Source: Schizochytrium sp. TIO01
Taxonomy: Eukaryota > Protista > Bigyra: Labyrinthulomycetes
Length of the DNA stretch: 64,000 nucleotides
Assembly: GCA_004764695.1 (NCBI GenBank)
Contig: SMSO01000032.1
Coordinates: forward strand, 2,666,001-2,730,000
Direction of reading: 5' to 3'
Part shown: positions 19,408 through 30,919 of the stretch, in pieces
How positions within the stretch are numbered: the first letter of the stretch is position 1
Layout: each line of letters begins with the position of its first letter
Position numbers and translations under genes: made by a program
Notes under the pieces: generated by a model
What the model was told of the DNA's origin: nothing
Databases searched by the model: none
The model's input: only the letters and a program-made list of their open reading frames with translations

Positions 19408-22400
19408 GGACCTGAAATGAAAGACCCGACTGACTGACCCGACTGGCCGCCTGAAAGACAGGCCGACACTGAGACGAACTCGAACGAGGCGTCTCACTGG
19501 CACGTTCACTTGAAGGTGCGAACCCAAAGAAAGGAGCAACGATCGGCTTGAAGACTGCAAGACAAGATAGACACAGAATAGCAGCTCGAAGACGCAAGCT
19601 CTTCTCGAAGCCAAACAGAACATGAGCTCGAAAGACAGAGTAAGGGACACCTCACGTGTGGGCCACTGGGGCATGTGAAAGACCCGACCCCTGTGATTTT
19701 GTGGAGGATGGTTACTAGATGGGTAGCAGACAGTCAGGGGTGGTAGTACCTGCAAAAGGTTGGAATTGCAAAGAAAGATTGAAAGTGCGATGAGCGAGGC
19801 GGCGGTGTTTCGGAGCACCTGTTGTAAAGGACGGAGAGACTTTGCGGGAACCAACGCCCTGGCAAGTCCTACAAGAGATCGATCGGCTGCTGAGTTGGTG
19901 TATTGGCTAAGCCGGACAAGCAAAAATGTCTCCGATGGTACCCAAAAGACCAAGCAAAACACGCCCGAGATGGCTGTGGTTGGAAGGGCTTTCCAACCAG
20001 GGCGACGCCCAGATGCTATGCTGTCACCAGAAAAGCAGAAACTCGTGATGACTGCGTTGTTGAGAACGGTTGGATTTGATAGATAGTCAAGTCCATTGGT
20101 GGCAGGCGAATCATGGTTGCGTTGCATGCATGTCTTAAGCAAGTCAGATACGATGGTTTTATCAACAGAAAACCATACGCCAAGCCAAGACATCAATTTA
20201 ATGGCCAATTGAATGAGAGACAGGCGCTCTGTCTGTGTCTGTCATTTTCCCAGTTGATTCTTTGAAAGTGAATTGAACTATTTTAAGGGAAAGAAACTCA
20301 GCGTGCAGAATTGGCTTAACCGAATTGCCTTCTAGAAAACACTTGATCTTATGATGCTAGTCTTGGTAAAATGGGTCATAGTTGAGGAAGTACAGAAGAG
20401 TCATCATCAGATTGAGTGTCATTCTAAAGCTCACGTTGTTATCACGTGTGCAGCTTTTGGTTAATTGTTTACTATATGTAATTCAAAATATACTTTCATT
20501 CCAGAGTATCGCGAAAAAAACATGGATTCATTGCTTCAAGTCCTAAATCAATGGTGCTACTATTCTTTGGTATTTAGAGCCTAGCTCGCGGTAGCTCAGC
20601 TGCAACAGCAATCCTCAAATTTAAAAATAATCAGACTCAGCGTTTTGACATGATCAAGTGGAATTACACTCGCAATAGATAGGTTCTTAGCTATCTTGAT
20701 CTAAGAGTGTACCTAGACAACAGATGCGAAGTAGTCGTGGCTCGAGTGGCTAAGATGTGGTCGTTTGGTCTGACTCGCTAGGAAAAGTAGGTTCTCTGTG
20801 GGAAATAGATATACTGTGGAGACCTATTAGCTTGTGTTTTAGCTTCAGATAACTGCTCCGTGCGGGGCGACTGCTGGTCCATTTCCAAAACCAAGCGAGA
20901 CCTAACCGTGTATATCGCCGCCTTCGTTGCTCTCTCGATTGTGCAAAATTAAACGTTTGAGATATTTGGACGCTGTCTTCACACGAACCTAAGCTGCACA
21001 AATCGACTGGCCGGGCTAGCACCGTAATCGAAGATGAGTAGAATCTGCAAGCCTTTCGCTGCGACGAGTTTCTGCATGGTTTTTGTTTTTTTATCATGAT
21101 GTAGATTATTAAAATTATTATTAGTAGTAGTAGTATTGAAATAAATGAGATAATAAAACATCACTTTCGCAGAACAGATCGTCTCTCCCTCTTTTGGTTG
21201 CCTGCAACGAAACCTTCTACCAAAAGTGATTAGGAGTGCATTAGTACACGGGCCTAGCCAAAGAAGTAAAAAGGTTTTCTACTTCTTTTTGTTCTTTTAG
21301 CTACTCCAAACAGACGTACGCACATAGTAGTAATCTTGTCAAGCTAGGTACTCTATTTCCCAGGAACTGGCTCAGCATGACTTTGCTTCTTTTTTATTTC
21401 GTCTTGAAGGTGGAGAAGATCTTAAGCTTGATCAATACGGTGCTCTTCCTGCTGGCCTTCATCGCTTGACTATTTATGTTTGAGGAACTTTCTCTTTTCT
21501 TGTTTGACGAATATATACTATTCTCTTCTTTTAATGTGACGTATGGTGATCATAACAAATCAAGTCGGCTTGGAAAACAAGTGCTGGCAACGAAAGACTC
21601 GAAGGCAGCCGCACTCAGTTGCATGCCCGCCAATGGAGTGCGGCCGAGTAGGTCTTTCACGCTTCCGTTGGCAATATCAATGAGGTCTGCAACTGTAATT
21701 TTTATGTTTACCAGTGAAGATAGCCGCGGGGAGAGCTCAAGCACCGCACCAGAATCACCATCACGATTCCTTATCTTATTGTTTTCAATATTGCTTTTTC
21801 TTTCTTTTATCTTTTTATCTTTTTATTTATTTTTTTAACTTCGATCGAAATATATATATTGAAACTTGATTAGGTATTGAAAACAGCTACTTTTACTTTG
21901 AACAACAACGACGATAAGATTATGGCTTGAGTTCGACCATTACACGCCAAGGCCGCGCCATAACGGGCGGCACGCGTCGTGACTACTGCCTACAACCCAT
22001 GGATTTTCCTGAAAGTTTCACGCTGGCAACGCTGGTAACGCCGGTCCAGATGAAAGAAAGGAAAACTTGAGTATGGCCTTCGTCTCAATCTTTCAGAGGT
22101 TAGTAAGCCTAGATAAAAAGAAAGTAAAAAGAAAGTAAAAAGAAAAGAGAAAAGAGGTCAATCAAGGAAGGATCTCAGGCTTGCAAAGAAGTGCCGCTCT
22201 CGCAAGTGCATATTGATTGATACAATCAACTAAAATTCAGGGTCTTTCTCTTGGAAAACGTGCCGCACGAGCTTCTGGCGCCGTGAGTATTGCACGGCCT
22301 TTGCGTGTCTTTCACTCGGAGCACTAGGTACTCGCTGAGATCTTCACTACGAGTGGCAACGATGCCGCACTTCCATTGTTGCGTAGTGAAGATCTTGCAG

Positions 22401-24914
22401 CAAAAGTAAGCAGAAAGCTTTTCTTCGAAGCTGGGTTCGCGAACTTTAGCCAAGGTTTCCCCTTCTTCGACCAACCCGCACGCACCTCCATCGAGACCAA
22501 GATCGATCAACGTCTTGAATCCTGGTATAGTGGAAGCAGGCTGTTGCATTAATTCCTCCCTCGAATCCAATCAATTTCTGTCAAGCGCACTGGGACCTTT
22601 CCTGAGGATGCCTGCCATTGGATATGATGGACTGCAACTCAGGCAAGATAAATAAATGATGGTTGATCATCCTCGAGCTCGCACGCATGCGCCACGGCAG
22701 TCTGTAAGAACCTCACTGTCACGTCCGCGTGGAAGTCCACCTCGCTTGCCCCACCGTAGCCTGGCCGCAAATGCGGATCTCCGCCCGTCTTCCAGTCCAG
22801 AGCTGCAAGATACACACATACGTGCCCAAGATTACCAAGATAGATCGCTCATGCCAAGCCAAAGCACGATTGATTGATTGATCAACCACAAACAACAAAA
22901 ATCATCCGCCTGCAAGTTTGCCCTCTTACTATCATAAGCCCTACACTGCATATTTATTATAACTATGTGTGTTATTATGTGTGTACGTTTGCGCACGAAC
23001 GTGTGTATGTATCTATGTATCTATGTCTGCACGTATGGCATTTTGTGGGTAGATCATGCCAACTTTGCATGCCTTGATCCGGTTGAGGAACTCCTCGATT
23101 TGAAGTAGATTGAAGTCGAGACTCGGCGCTGCTCTGGCTGCCCATCTTTCATTTCCTCGCTGAGGGGTCTTCGCAGCGCCATCGAATCCTCCACCCGCGT
23201 ATCATGGCGGATGTATGTGTCCTTTGCTCTGACTGACTGACTGCCTTGGTTAGTTCTGTCCCGGTTTTCCATGTTGTTTGCTCTCTCTCTCTGTCAGTCA
23301 TTCATTTTTAATAATCTCATTGTATTTTACTTTTTATTATCGTCTCCACCGTTGAACAGAGTTCTCTTTGAAATTTAATTTATAGAACAATAAATTGAAG
23401 AATAATTAGCAATAAATGCATTCACAAACCTATGTATCATGTGGCCTATAAATGCGAAATAAAGAGATAAAGAAACAAAAGCGTGCTCCCTTTGTCTATG
23501 AACAGGGAGCAAGCTGCTCTCCCTGGGAGACCTGCCACCGACTGCCGTCACATCATGGAGCTGCGCAGCGCCCAAGATGCCGCGATGCACGAGCCTCTGG
23601 CCGGTGGCTGAGAGCGTGTTGGTGACCGACTGGATAGCCGAAAGCTGGCAGATGGAGAAAGTATCTGCACAGAAAAGGCACCATCGCCCAACCCCGTGCC
23701 GGCGTGCGAGCGGACAGTTTGATCAATCAAATGCCGCGACGATTTGCTTTCTCCCTTTTTGTTAGACGAACTCAGAAGACATCTTATCATCTATGCGATT
23801 ATGCCGCTTTTGGTACGGACTCTATAAAGCTTTACTTCTCTCTTTCTCTTTCTCTTTCTCTTTCTCTTTCTCTTTTTTTTTTTTTTTTTCAATAATATTT
23901 TATTTCAATAATTTTTTAATAATAAAATTTTAATTTAACTTTCTTGATTAGTCACTGGGAAAACAGAAGACTGAAACGAGAAGGCACAGCGTTTTGGCCG
24001 ATATATCAAAAAAGCAACAACTTTGGCTGTAAACAGTGGCTCTGCAGAGGTTTGGGTTATAAACCTCTGCAAAGCCGCGCGAGCGAATATGCGGATGGAT
24101 AGGGAAAATGCGACGATTTCCTTCTCCAGCAAGGATTTCTGACGGCAGCTAGTTAGTTAGATAGGTAGTTAGTTAGTTAGTTAGTTGGTTAATTTATCTG
24201 TGAAAATGGAGAAACCATAGCGAAACTTACGGACGCTGCAGTGAGTGGTTGGTTTGTTGTTTGTTTGTAAGCAACAAAAGCATAAAGCAAGCAAGAATTG
24301 CTGCTGCTGATGCGGCTGCGCTCACCCTTGATCCATGAAGTTCCATAGTTTCGACTCGCTGGTTTGCTGGAATAAATGCCCGGCTACCACAAAGCACAGT
24401 TTAATGGCAGATTTGAGGGTGTATGTCACTGCGTTTTCCAAAGTCCACAGAAAAGAAGAGCTTTCCTTTCTTGCGCTTGTTCTTTTTTTGTTCTTGTTGT
24501 TCTTTTCTTTTTCTTTTCCTGTCCAGCCTGAAATACAATGGTATGTTTTACGATTGATTGTCTGATGACATTCTGAATAGAAAGAAAGAGAAGTAGGTTA
24601 AGGGTCACCTCATTGTCGCAACTTCAAAAGTCATTCGCTGCTTCAAGGAGGCACATACCTCATTGGACAGAACTGCAGCTCCGCCTCCGCTCAGCTTGGG
24701 TAGAGGCGGGTCATCAGCGGCGGGAACGGGCACTGGTTTCGGCGGCTCCAGAGCCGAAGTCGGCACGTGAGTATTCCGAGGCGTCCGCTGTGCTGTTTGG
24801 AGCGGAGCTCTGCTACGGCGCTTTCCCAGGTTTCGGAACCCGCTTAGTTTACTTGTGGTGACTTTATTACTATTTTGATTTTATATTTTGTCTGTCTATT
24901 TGTATAGACATTTC

Positions 24915-25096
<182 letters not shown>

Positions 25097-25346
25097 CGTA
25101 CTTACTTATTATTATAATTTTCAAATTTATTTTAAAAATAAAGGAAACTAACTACCTAGTAGGTAGACCGTCCGAAAAAGGGTGCGACCAAGCACTTGCT
25201 AATTCTTACCTTTTCTACCTTTTCACAGTCTGACCTTTTCAAGGCTGAGCGTGCTGCCGCAGGCAACAGTTGCTTAGGCCGCTTACCTACCCAGCTAGTA
25301 GGGATGAACGAAAACTTGTAATTCCCGCTCACCATGAGATGATGGT

Positions 25347-25385
25347 TTCCATTCCATTCCATTCCATTCCATTCCATTCCATTCC
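25347..25385. repeat. (TTCCA)n
   Basis: About 7 units. Confidence 0.9.
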
Positions 25386-25565
25386 CCATCCCATGTTCCA
25401 GCACATGCACCTCTTCTACTTCTTAGAAGAAAGTTTCTTTTGGTGGATGGAGACCCAGCAGCTTCAGGAGCTTCGAGGCCGACGATGGACGCACGCGTCC
25501 TCGTCGTGGACCACGGCTTGGTGCACGCCGCCCTTCCTGGCGGCCGGCAATGCTGCACGTACACA

Positions 25566-25612
25566 TGTATTCGTGTATTCGTGTATTCGTGTATTCGTGT
25601 ATTCGTGTATTC
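25566..25612. repeat. (TGTATTCG)n 8-mer repeat
   Basis: About 6 units. Confidence 0.9.
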
Positions 25613-25860
25613 ATGCATGCTTTGCTGGAGGAAAGCCGTCCGTGAATCGAGGCGAAAGACCTCCGTTTCAAACTTCGGAATCTCAGCACGTGTCGCCATC
25701 AGCGTTTCGTGCGTGTGATCTTTTCTCCTTGCTCTTGAGCGGGTCTTTCCAAAGCCATCCAACCAACGCAGAAAGAGACGACGAAGGCAATGGCAGAAGG
25801 ACCCGATTCCACGCGAGCGAGAGGACCGCGGCGGCTTCGAAGGCAGTGCAGCTGCATCAA

Positions 25861-25890
25861 CATCCACATCCACATCCACATCCACATCCA
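25861..25890. repeat. (CATCCA)5
   Basis: Read directly. Confidence 0.9.
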
Positions 25891-26077
25891 CAGCACATCT
25901 ACGTCTACATCTTCGTCTTGGCGCGGATAACTAGCATACCTGCACGGCCATGCCCTCGTGAACTTGGCCAAGCATGAGCAGACCTGAGGGACAGGCGCGA
26001 GCTAAATCGCATACCGCAGGAGGCAAGATTGATGAGCTTGCCGTCCGTGCGGTAGGAAGTAAGAAACAAATAAACAA

Positions 26078-26138
26078 ATGAATGAATGAATGAATGAATG
26101 AAAGAGTGAATGAGTGAATGAATGAATGAGTGAATGAA
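26078..26138. repeat. (ATGA)n imperfect
   Basis: Read directly. Confidence 0.85.
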
Positions 26139-27128
26139 CGAGAGACGTAGGACGTCTGGTGGTGGCTTACAGCGAAGCCATAGATTTGCATCGAAGTGGG
26201 CCCGAATCGTGGAGAGCCAAGCTGAGGTACTGGAGCAGGACAGCTCAGCCGAGGCCCGTGCCTCGCGCAATGGCGGCCCCCTACCGCCGTTTGGAGTTTC
26301 ATGAGCGAGAGAGCGATAGATCGATCGCCATGGCCATGAAATGGCAGGCTTAGAAGTTGGAGATGATGAAAGACACCTTCGATACCATTCCGAGATTAGA
26401 GAGGCTTAAAGCTTCGATATAATTCTTTTTAGCCACCTCGGTCCAAGGCGGTGGCAGCGATGCTTTTGCGGGTGCGAGATGGATGCATAAGCAGGCAGTT
26501 GAACGAGCAGCCAAGTTCAGGACGGGGCCTAGGCCCTCCGTCCGAGCGAAAGCGTCGTGACTAACGGCACCCAGCGCAAGACCTCTCGCCTTTCGATCGG
26601 CCAGAAGCTCGCTTGTGCCTTCCATCGCCATTCGAAGATAGCCAACCAACCAACAACGATTTATTACTATTTATTACTTATTTCAATCAATTTATTAAAT
26701 GTCTATGAAGTTCGGGAAAAGTAAAAAAGGGAAACCGCCTTGAATGTTTGTTTGTTTCTCTTGGTGCTCAGGTGCTTAGGCACTACAGTTTATTTCTAGC
26801 AGAAAGGGCAAATACAGAAAGCGAGACGAGGCAGAATGTTTATCCTGAAAACATCCGTCTGTTGGTCTGTTTGCAGTAGGTGCCTGCTACGGTGGCATAG
26901 TTGAGCTTCTTTGAAACCTCGAAGAGCTCAACTATTGAGGCGGAAAGAGCTCAATGGGTGTCTGACTGACTGGCTCGTTGTCCACCGTTTTCACTGTTCT
27001 CTTTTTGGCACTTTTGCACCTTCGAAGGAAAAGGGGGAAAAGAAAAAGAGTGATTCCGACAGCGTGGCACATCGAAGGCTTACGTGCTGCTTCTCGCAAA
27101 GATCTTGCCCCTAAAGACCAATCGTCGT

Positions 27129-27168
<40 letters not shown>
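27129..27168. repeat. (CAAG)10
   Basis: Read directly. Confidence 0.9.
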
Positions 27169-27169
<1 letters not shown>

Positions 27170-27448
27170 GAGGAGGTGGACGCCGTTGCCACCGCAGTGG
27201 CGACAAACAAACAAGCGAGCGCCGGGTCCGGCCCAGCGAACGCTTTGGAGAACCCAGAACCTTCGTCAGCCGGCGGAGATAACGGAAGGACAGACAGTAA
27301 AAGCTCTACTTCTTTCGTCGGTCTTTCACCATAAGAGCTTCTATGTTTATGCACCAACAAAATAGGGCCCTCTCTCTTGGTCTGTGTTTGCACTTGGTAC
27401 TCTATTTTTTAGAAGAAAAAGAATATTTATTTAAATAAAAATGAAAAT

Positions 27449-27449
<1 letters not shown>

Positions 27450-27479
<30 letters not shown>
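27450..27479. repeat. (AG)n
   Basis: Read directly. Confidence 0.9.
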
Positions 27480-27482
<3 letters not shown>

Positions 27483-27565
27483 GCCAAAACCTTTCCAATA
27501 CCATCTGGCCAGTTTGTTTCATGAAAGATGACCACTCCTCTCATCATTGATTTAGGTAGCAGCCT

Positions 27566-27637
27566 ACATTAAACATTAAACATTAAACATTAAACATTAA
27601 ACATTAAACACTAAACACTAAGCACTAAACATTAAAC
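27566..27637. repeat. (ACATTAA)n 7-mer repeat
   Basis: About 10 units with ACACTAA variants. Confidence 0.9.
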
Positions 27638-29290
27638 ACCTTCTTCAAAAAGGGTTTTTAATGCAGAAAATAAACACTAAACTCTCTGGATTATTAGGTG
27701 TGACTGATGTCTGAACTCCCTCCGCTGTCCGGACACATTAAAAGTTGTTGGGGAAGTAATGAACCCTTCGAGGTAGTCGGAGTTGAGACCCAAAAGAGAA
27801 CTTGGCGTTGGACTTGAACTCGGCGCAGGATACCTTTTACCCTCTCGGAAAGGTTTTCCGCTATTAGAATCGCTCCTTGAGACCTGCGGCAAGCCTCGAT
27901 GCAACGTACAGGTAAATTATGGACAGCCACCCAAAGTCGCACTCGGAGAGAGGCTAAGCTAAATAAAGCGAACTCAAGGAGCAGAAATTACCAACGCATT
28001 CGTAACAGAGGCGAACTCGCAGCTCACATCACGCAAAGCAGTCAGTCCCACGGTGGCTTTGGACATGCACTAAGCAAGATTCTCTTCCCAAAACCATTTG
28101 CAGAGAACCAACGCCAAAGGTACGCGAGCGAAGCAAACAGAAGCCGTCTACAGCGATGGCATCTCGTGCAATGCAATGCAATGCAATACATTGCAATGTT
28201 CTATTACAATGCCACCAGGGCATCATTTGAGATGTACCTTAAGCTTCTCTTTTCTTCAACGTGCCTTTAAAAAGGAACCTCTCGCAAGAGACACATCGTT
28301 AGCGTACCTGAGGTGAAAGCTTCTATAGGAATACACATATAAAATAAATACTAGCGGCGCTTTTCTTTGTAAGTCTTTGCAAACTTGCCAAAACAAACAA
28401 AGTCCAAAACAAACAAAGTATGGCCGTGCAGGACGCACGCACACACACTCACCGCAGCGCAGCGGCGCATCGCAAAGATTGTTGGCCTCGCCATAAGAGG
28501 ATGCATCGTCTTGGGGCGGTTCGAACGGCTTGCCCGCTGTGTAAACTTAGGCATTTTTCTTTTTTTTCCGAATCTCCTTACAGACAGCATTTGTTTTACG
28601 AGTTTCGTTTTTCTGATGCTCTGGATTTGGTTTGTTTCTTCGTCCTTGGCAAAGAAGGCAAAAAGAAAGGAAAGTAAGAGGAACCTCTTCCCCCCCTTTT
28701 CCACTGTTCTTCGATTTCTTGGTGCGTAGCTGCTTTCTGCTGGAACCACCCGCCATTGCCATAGACAATTGACTTGATTTGACGCCTCTCGGCTCTTCTG
28801 AGTCCTGGTCGGAGTTCGCAGACAGCTTCGAGCTGGCCAAGGACAACTTGCTTGATTGGGGTGAGGGCCCAAAGTAAAATAAATATACTCGCGAACCTGC
28901 GCAAATATGGCCCTTAGGGCGTCTTCGCTTCGTCGTGACAAGACCCTCTCCCAGCCAGCTATAATAGGCGCTTGAAATGAACCATTGGGTAATCCGAGTG
29001 CCATTATACCTTCAGAAATACCATCTCAATTGGAAAAGTTGGTAGGAAATGGCATAAGTTAAGCTCTGAACTGCCTCATTTCCCCACTCCAAACTACCAT
29101 CCTACGATCGCGGTCGCTCACGGTGCAAAATAGCAATTCGCTTTCGCTTGCCTACAGAATCACTTGGCGAGCAAGCCCAGGAAACCTCATGTGTAACTAA
29201 CTCATTCTGGCGATTCAGCTGCCTGCATTCCTGTAGACATGATGTTCTGCATATTTTTAACTTTACTATTATGTATATCTATAAGTTGTT

Positions 29291-29358
29291 ATTTTATGTT
29301 ATGTTATGTTATGTTATTTTATGTTATGTTATTTATTTTATTTTATTTTATTTTTATT
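29291..29358. repeat. (TTATG)/(TTATT)n
   Basis: Read directly. Confidence 0.85.
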
Positions 29359-30206
29359 CAAGATAAATCAAAGAAATACACGTCAAGGATATGGTATTTG
29401 ACTTGATGGACAACTGACTCGGGAAACCTCATAGAATAGGCATCATGATGCTCCCGATCGAAAAAGGTCGGGTTTGATACCATCTCCATTCACACCTCTT
29501 CAGAGATGATTGGTTTTCTAGTGTTTGCGAATGCGTCTCTCGATCTTTCCAAAGTGAAAAGCGCGAAGTACGATATTAGGTAGCAGCAGGATAGGTATGA
29601 ATGTACGTATGTATGTTGCTCCAGTGGGTAAGTTTCGTTTTGACAAGTGTAACTTCTACGAATAGATGCATAAGATCGAAATGAAACAGGCTTAATTGTA
29701 CCTAGGTAGTCAGTCGTATTCAATTACAGCTCGCTTCGTGCCATCGCACTTTTATACTAGCAAAGGAGATCCCTTCCCCTCCGTCAGGTTCTCTTCGACA
29801 GAGCACATCATGCAGCTCAAAGAGAGGTGTCGTCATCGCGCTCTGAAGCTGCATTCGGTACACCACTGCAGAACAAGAGGTCTCCTGGGCCATGCGCGAC
29901 CCTGGCTTGGCAATCGATGCTTCACCACTTGTAAGTCTAAGCCATGACTGTTGTAAACGACGAAGCCTCTCGAATCAAAATCAAATAAATACATAAATAA
30001 ATAAATAAATAAAAAGTGTTGCGCAGCGCACCTTCGCTGCCGTTGATCACGATGCCCTCAGGCCTGGCCGCTGTAGCCTTGACTTAGCCTTCTTTTGTAT
30101 CCTTACGCCATGGTGTCGCAAGCTTCCTGGTGACTCCGTGGCCCAGCCAGTGAGCTGTTCTACGCGACACCTTGATGCACATTTGCGCGATGGGAATGTC
30201 GTTTGC

Positions 30207-30265
30207 TTTGCTTTAATTTGCTTTAATTTGCTTTAATTTGCTTTAATTTGCGTTAATTTGCTTTG
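30207..30265. repeat. (TTTGCTTTAA)n 10-mer repeat
   Basis: About 5.5 units. Confidence 0.9.
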
Positions 30266-30841
30266 ACTTGACTTGCCTAATTTCGTGTTGAAGATTTATG
30301 AGAATGCCTCACCAGACATTCGACACATCGCCACGGAATCAAAGTGCCTTGGTATCGGGTGGGTGGGTGAATCGGGCTTGCAGGTTTATTCGCATGTCTC
30401 AGGTTTCTGGTTTCTTGTTTCTGGTTTCTTTGGAGGGTCCCGTAGCCCGCTTCGACGGCGTCGATCAATGCGGTCCAAGAGGTGGCGAGTGAATCGATGC
30501 CCTCTTGATGGCTTAGTCGGCAGAGGCTGGCGATTTACAGCAGCTTGAGTTTGAGAGTTGGCATTGCGGGGGCTTAATTACAGCAGCGCGCGATTGGTTG
30601 GTTGCCTTTGGGCTAACTTGAAGACTCTGCGCGAGGACGGGTCGCACTGGATTGGAAACTCAAAACACCGAACTGCGACGAATCCCAGAGAGGGCCCAGA
30701 GGCACTTGCGTACCGCTATTTGGCAAAAACGTGCCCTTGGCCCCCACAATCCGGCACCTAACTTTGTTTTATAATTAATTAATTGAATTGTTTTTAGTTT
30801 CCAAAAGAATGATACTAATAGTTTTTTTTTAGGATTTTTGG

Positions 30842-30919
30842 TTCTTTTCTTTTCTTTTCTTTTCTTTTCTTTTCTTTTCTTTTCTTTTCTTTTCTTTTCT
30901 TTTCTTCTCTTTTCTTTTC
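30842..30919. repeat. (TTTTC)n
   Basis: About 15 units. Confidence 0.95.

Noticed and set aside
18932-20208. Overlapping 140-390 aa ORFs on both strands
   Set aside because: They arise from the T-free AGACA/AAAG satellite, which cannot contain stop codons; the translations are repeat-derived.
20586-20650. GCGGTAGCTCAGCTG resembling a tRNA 5' half / A-box
   Set aside because: No anticodon arm, T-loop or acceptor-stem complement follows.
21550-22570. Short minus-strand ORFs (21550-21744, 22226-22570) with protein-like composition
   Set aside because: Non-ATG starts, no motifs and no convincing splice sites.
25270-26302. ORFs of 120-235 aa with HP, FIHS and VFVYS repeats
   Set aside because: Translations of microsatellites with no domain motifs.
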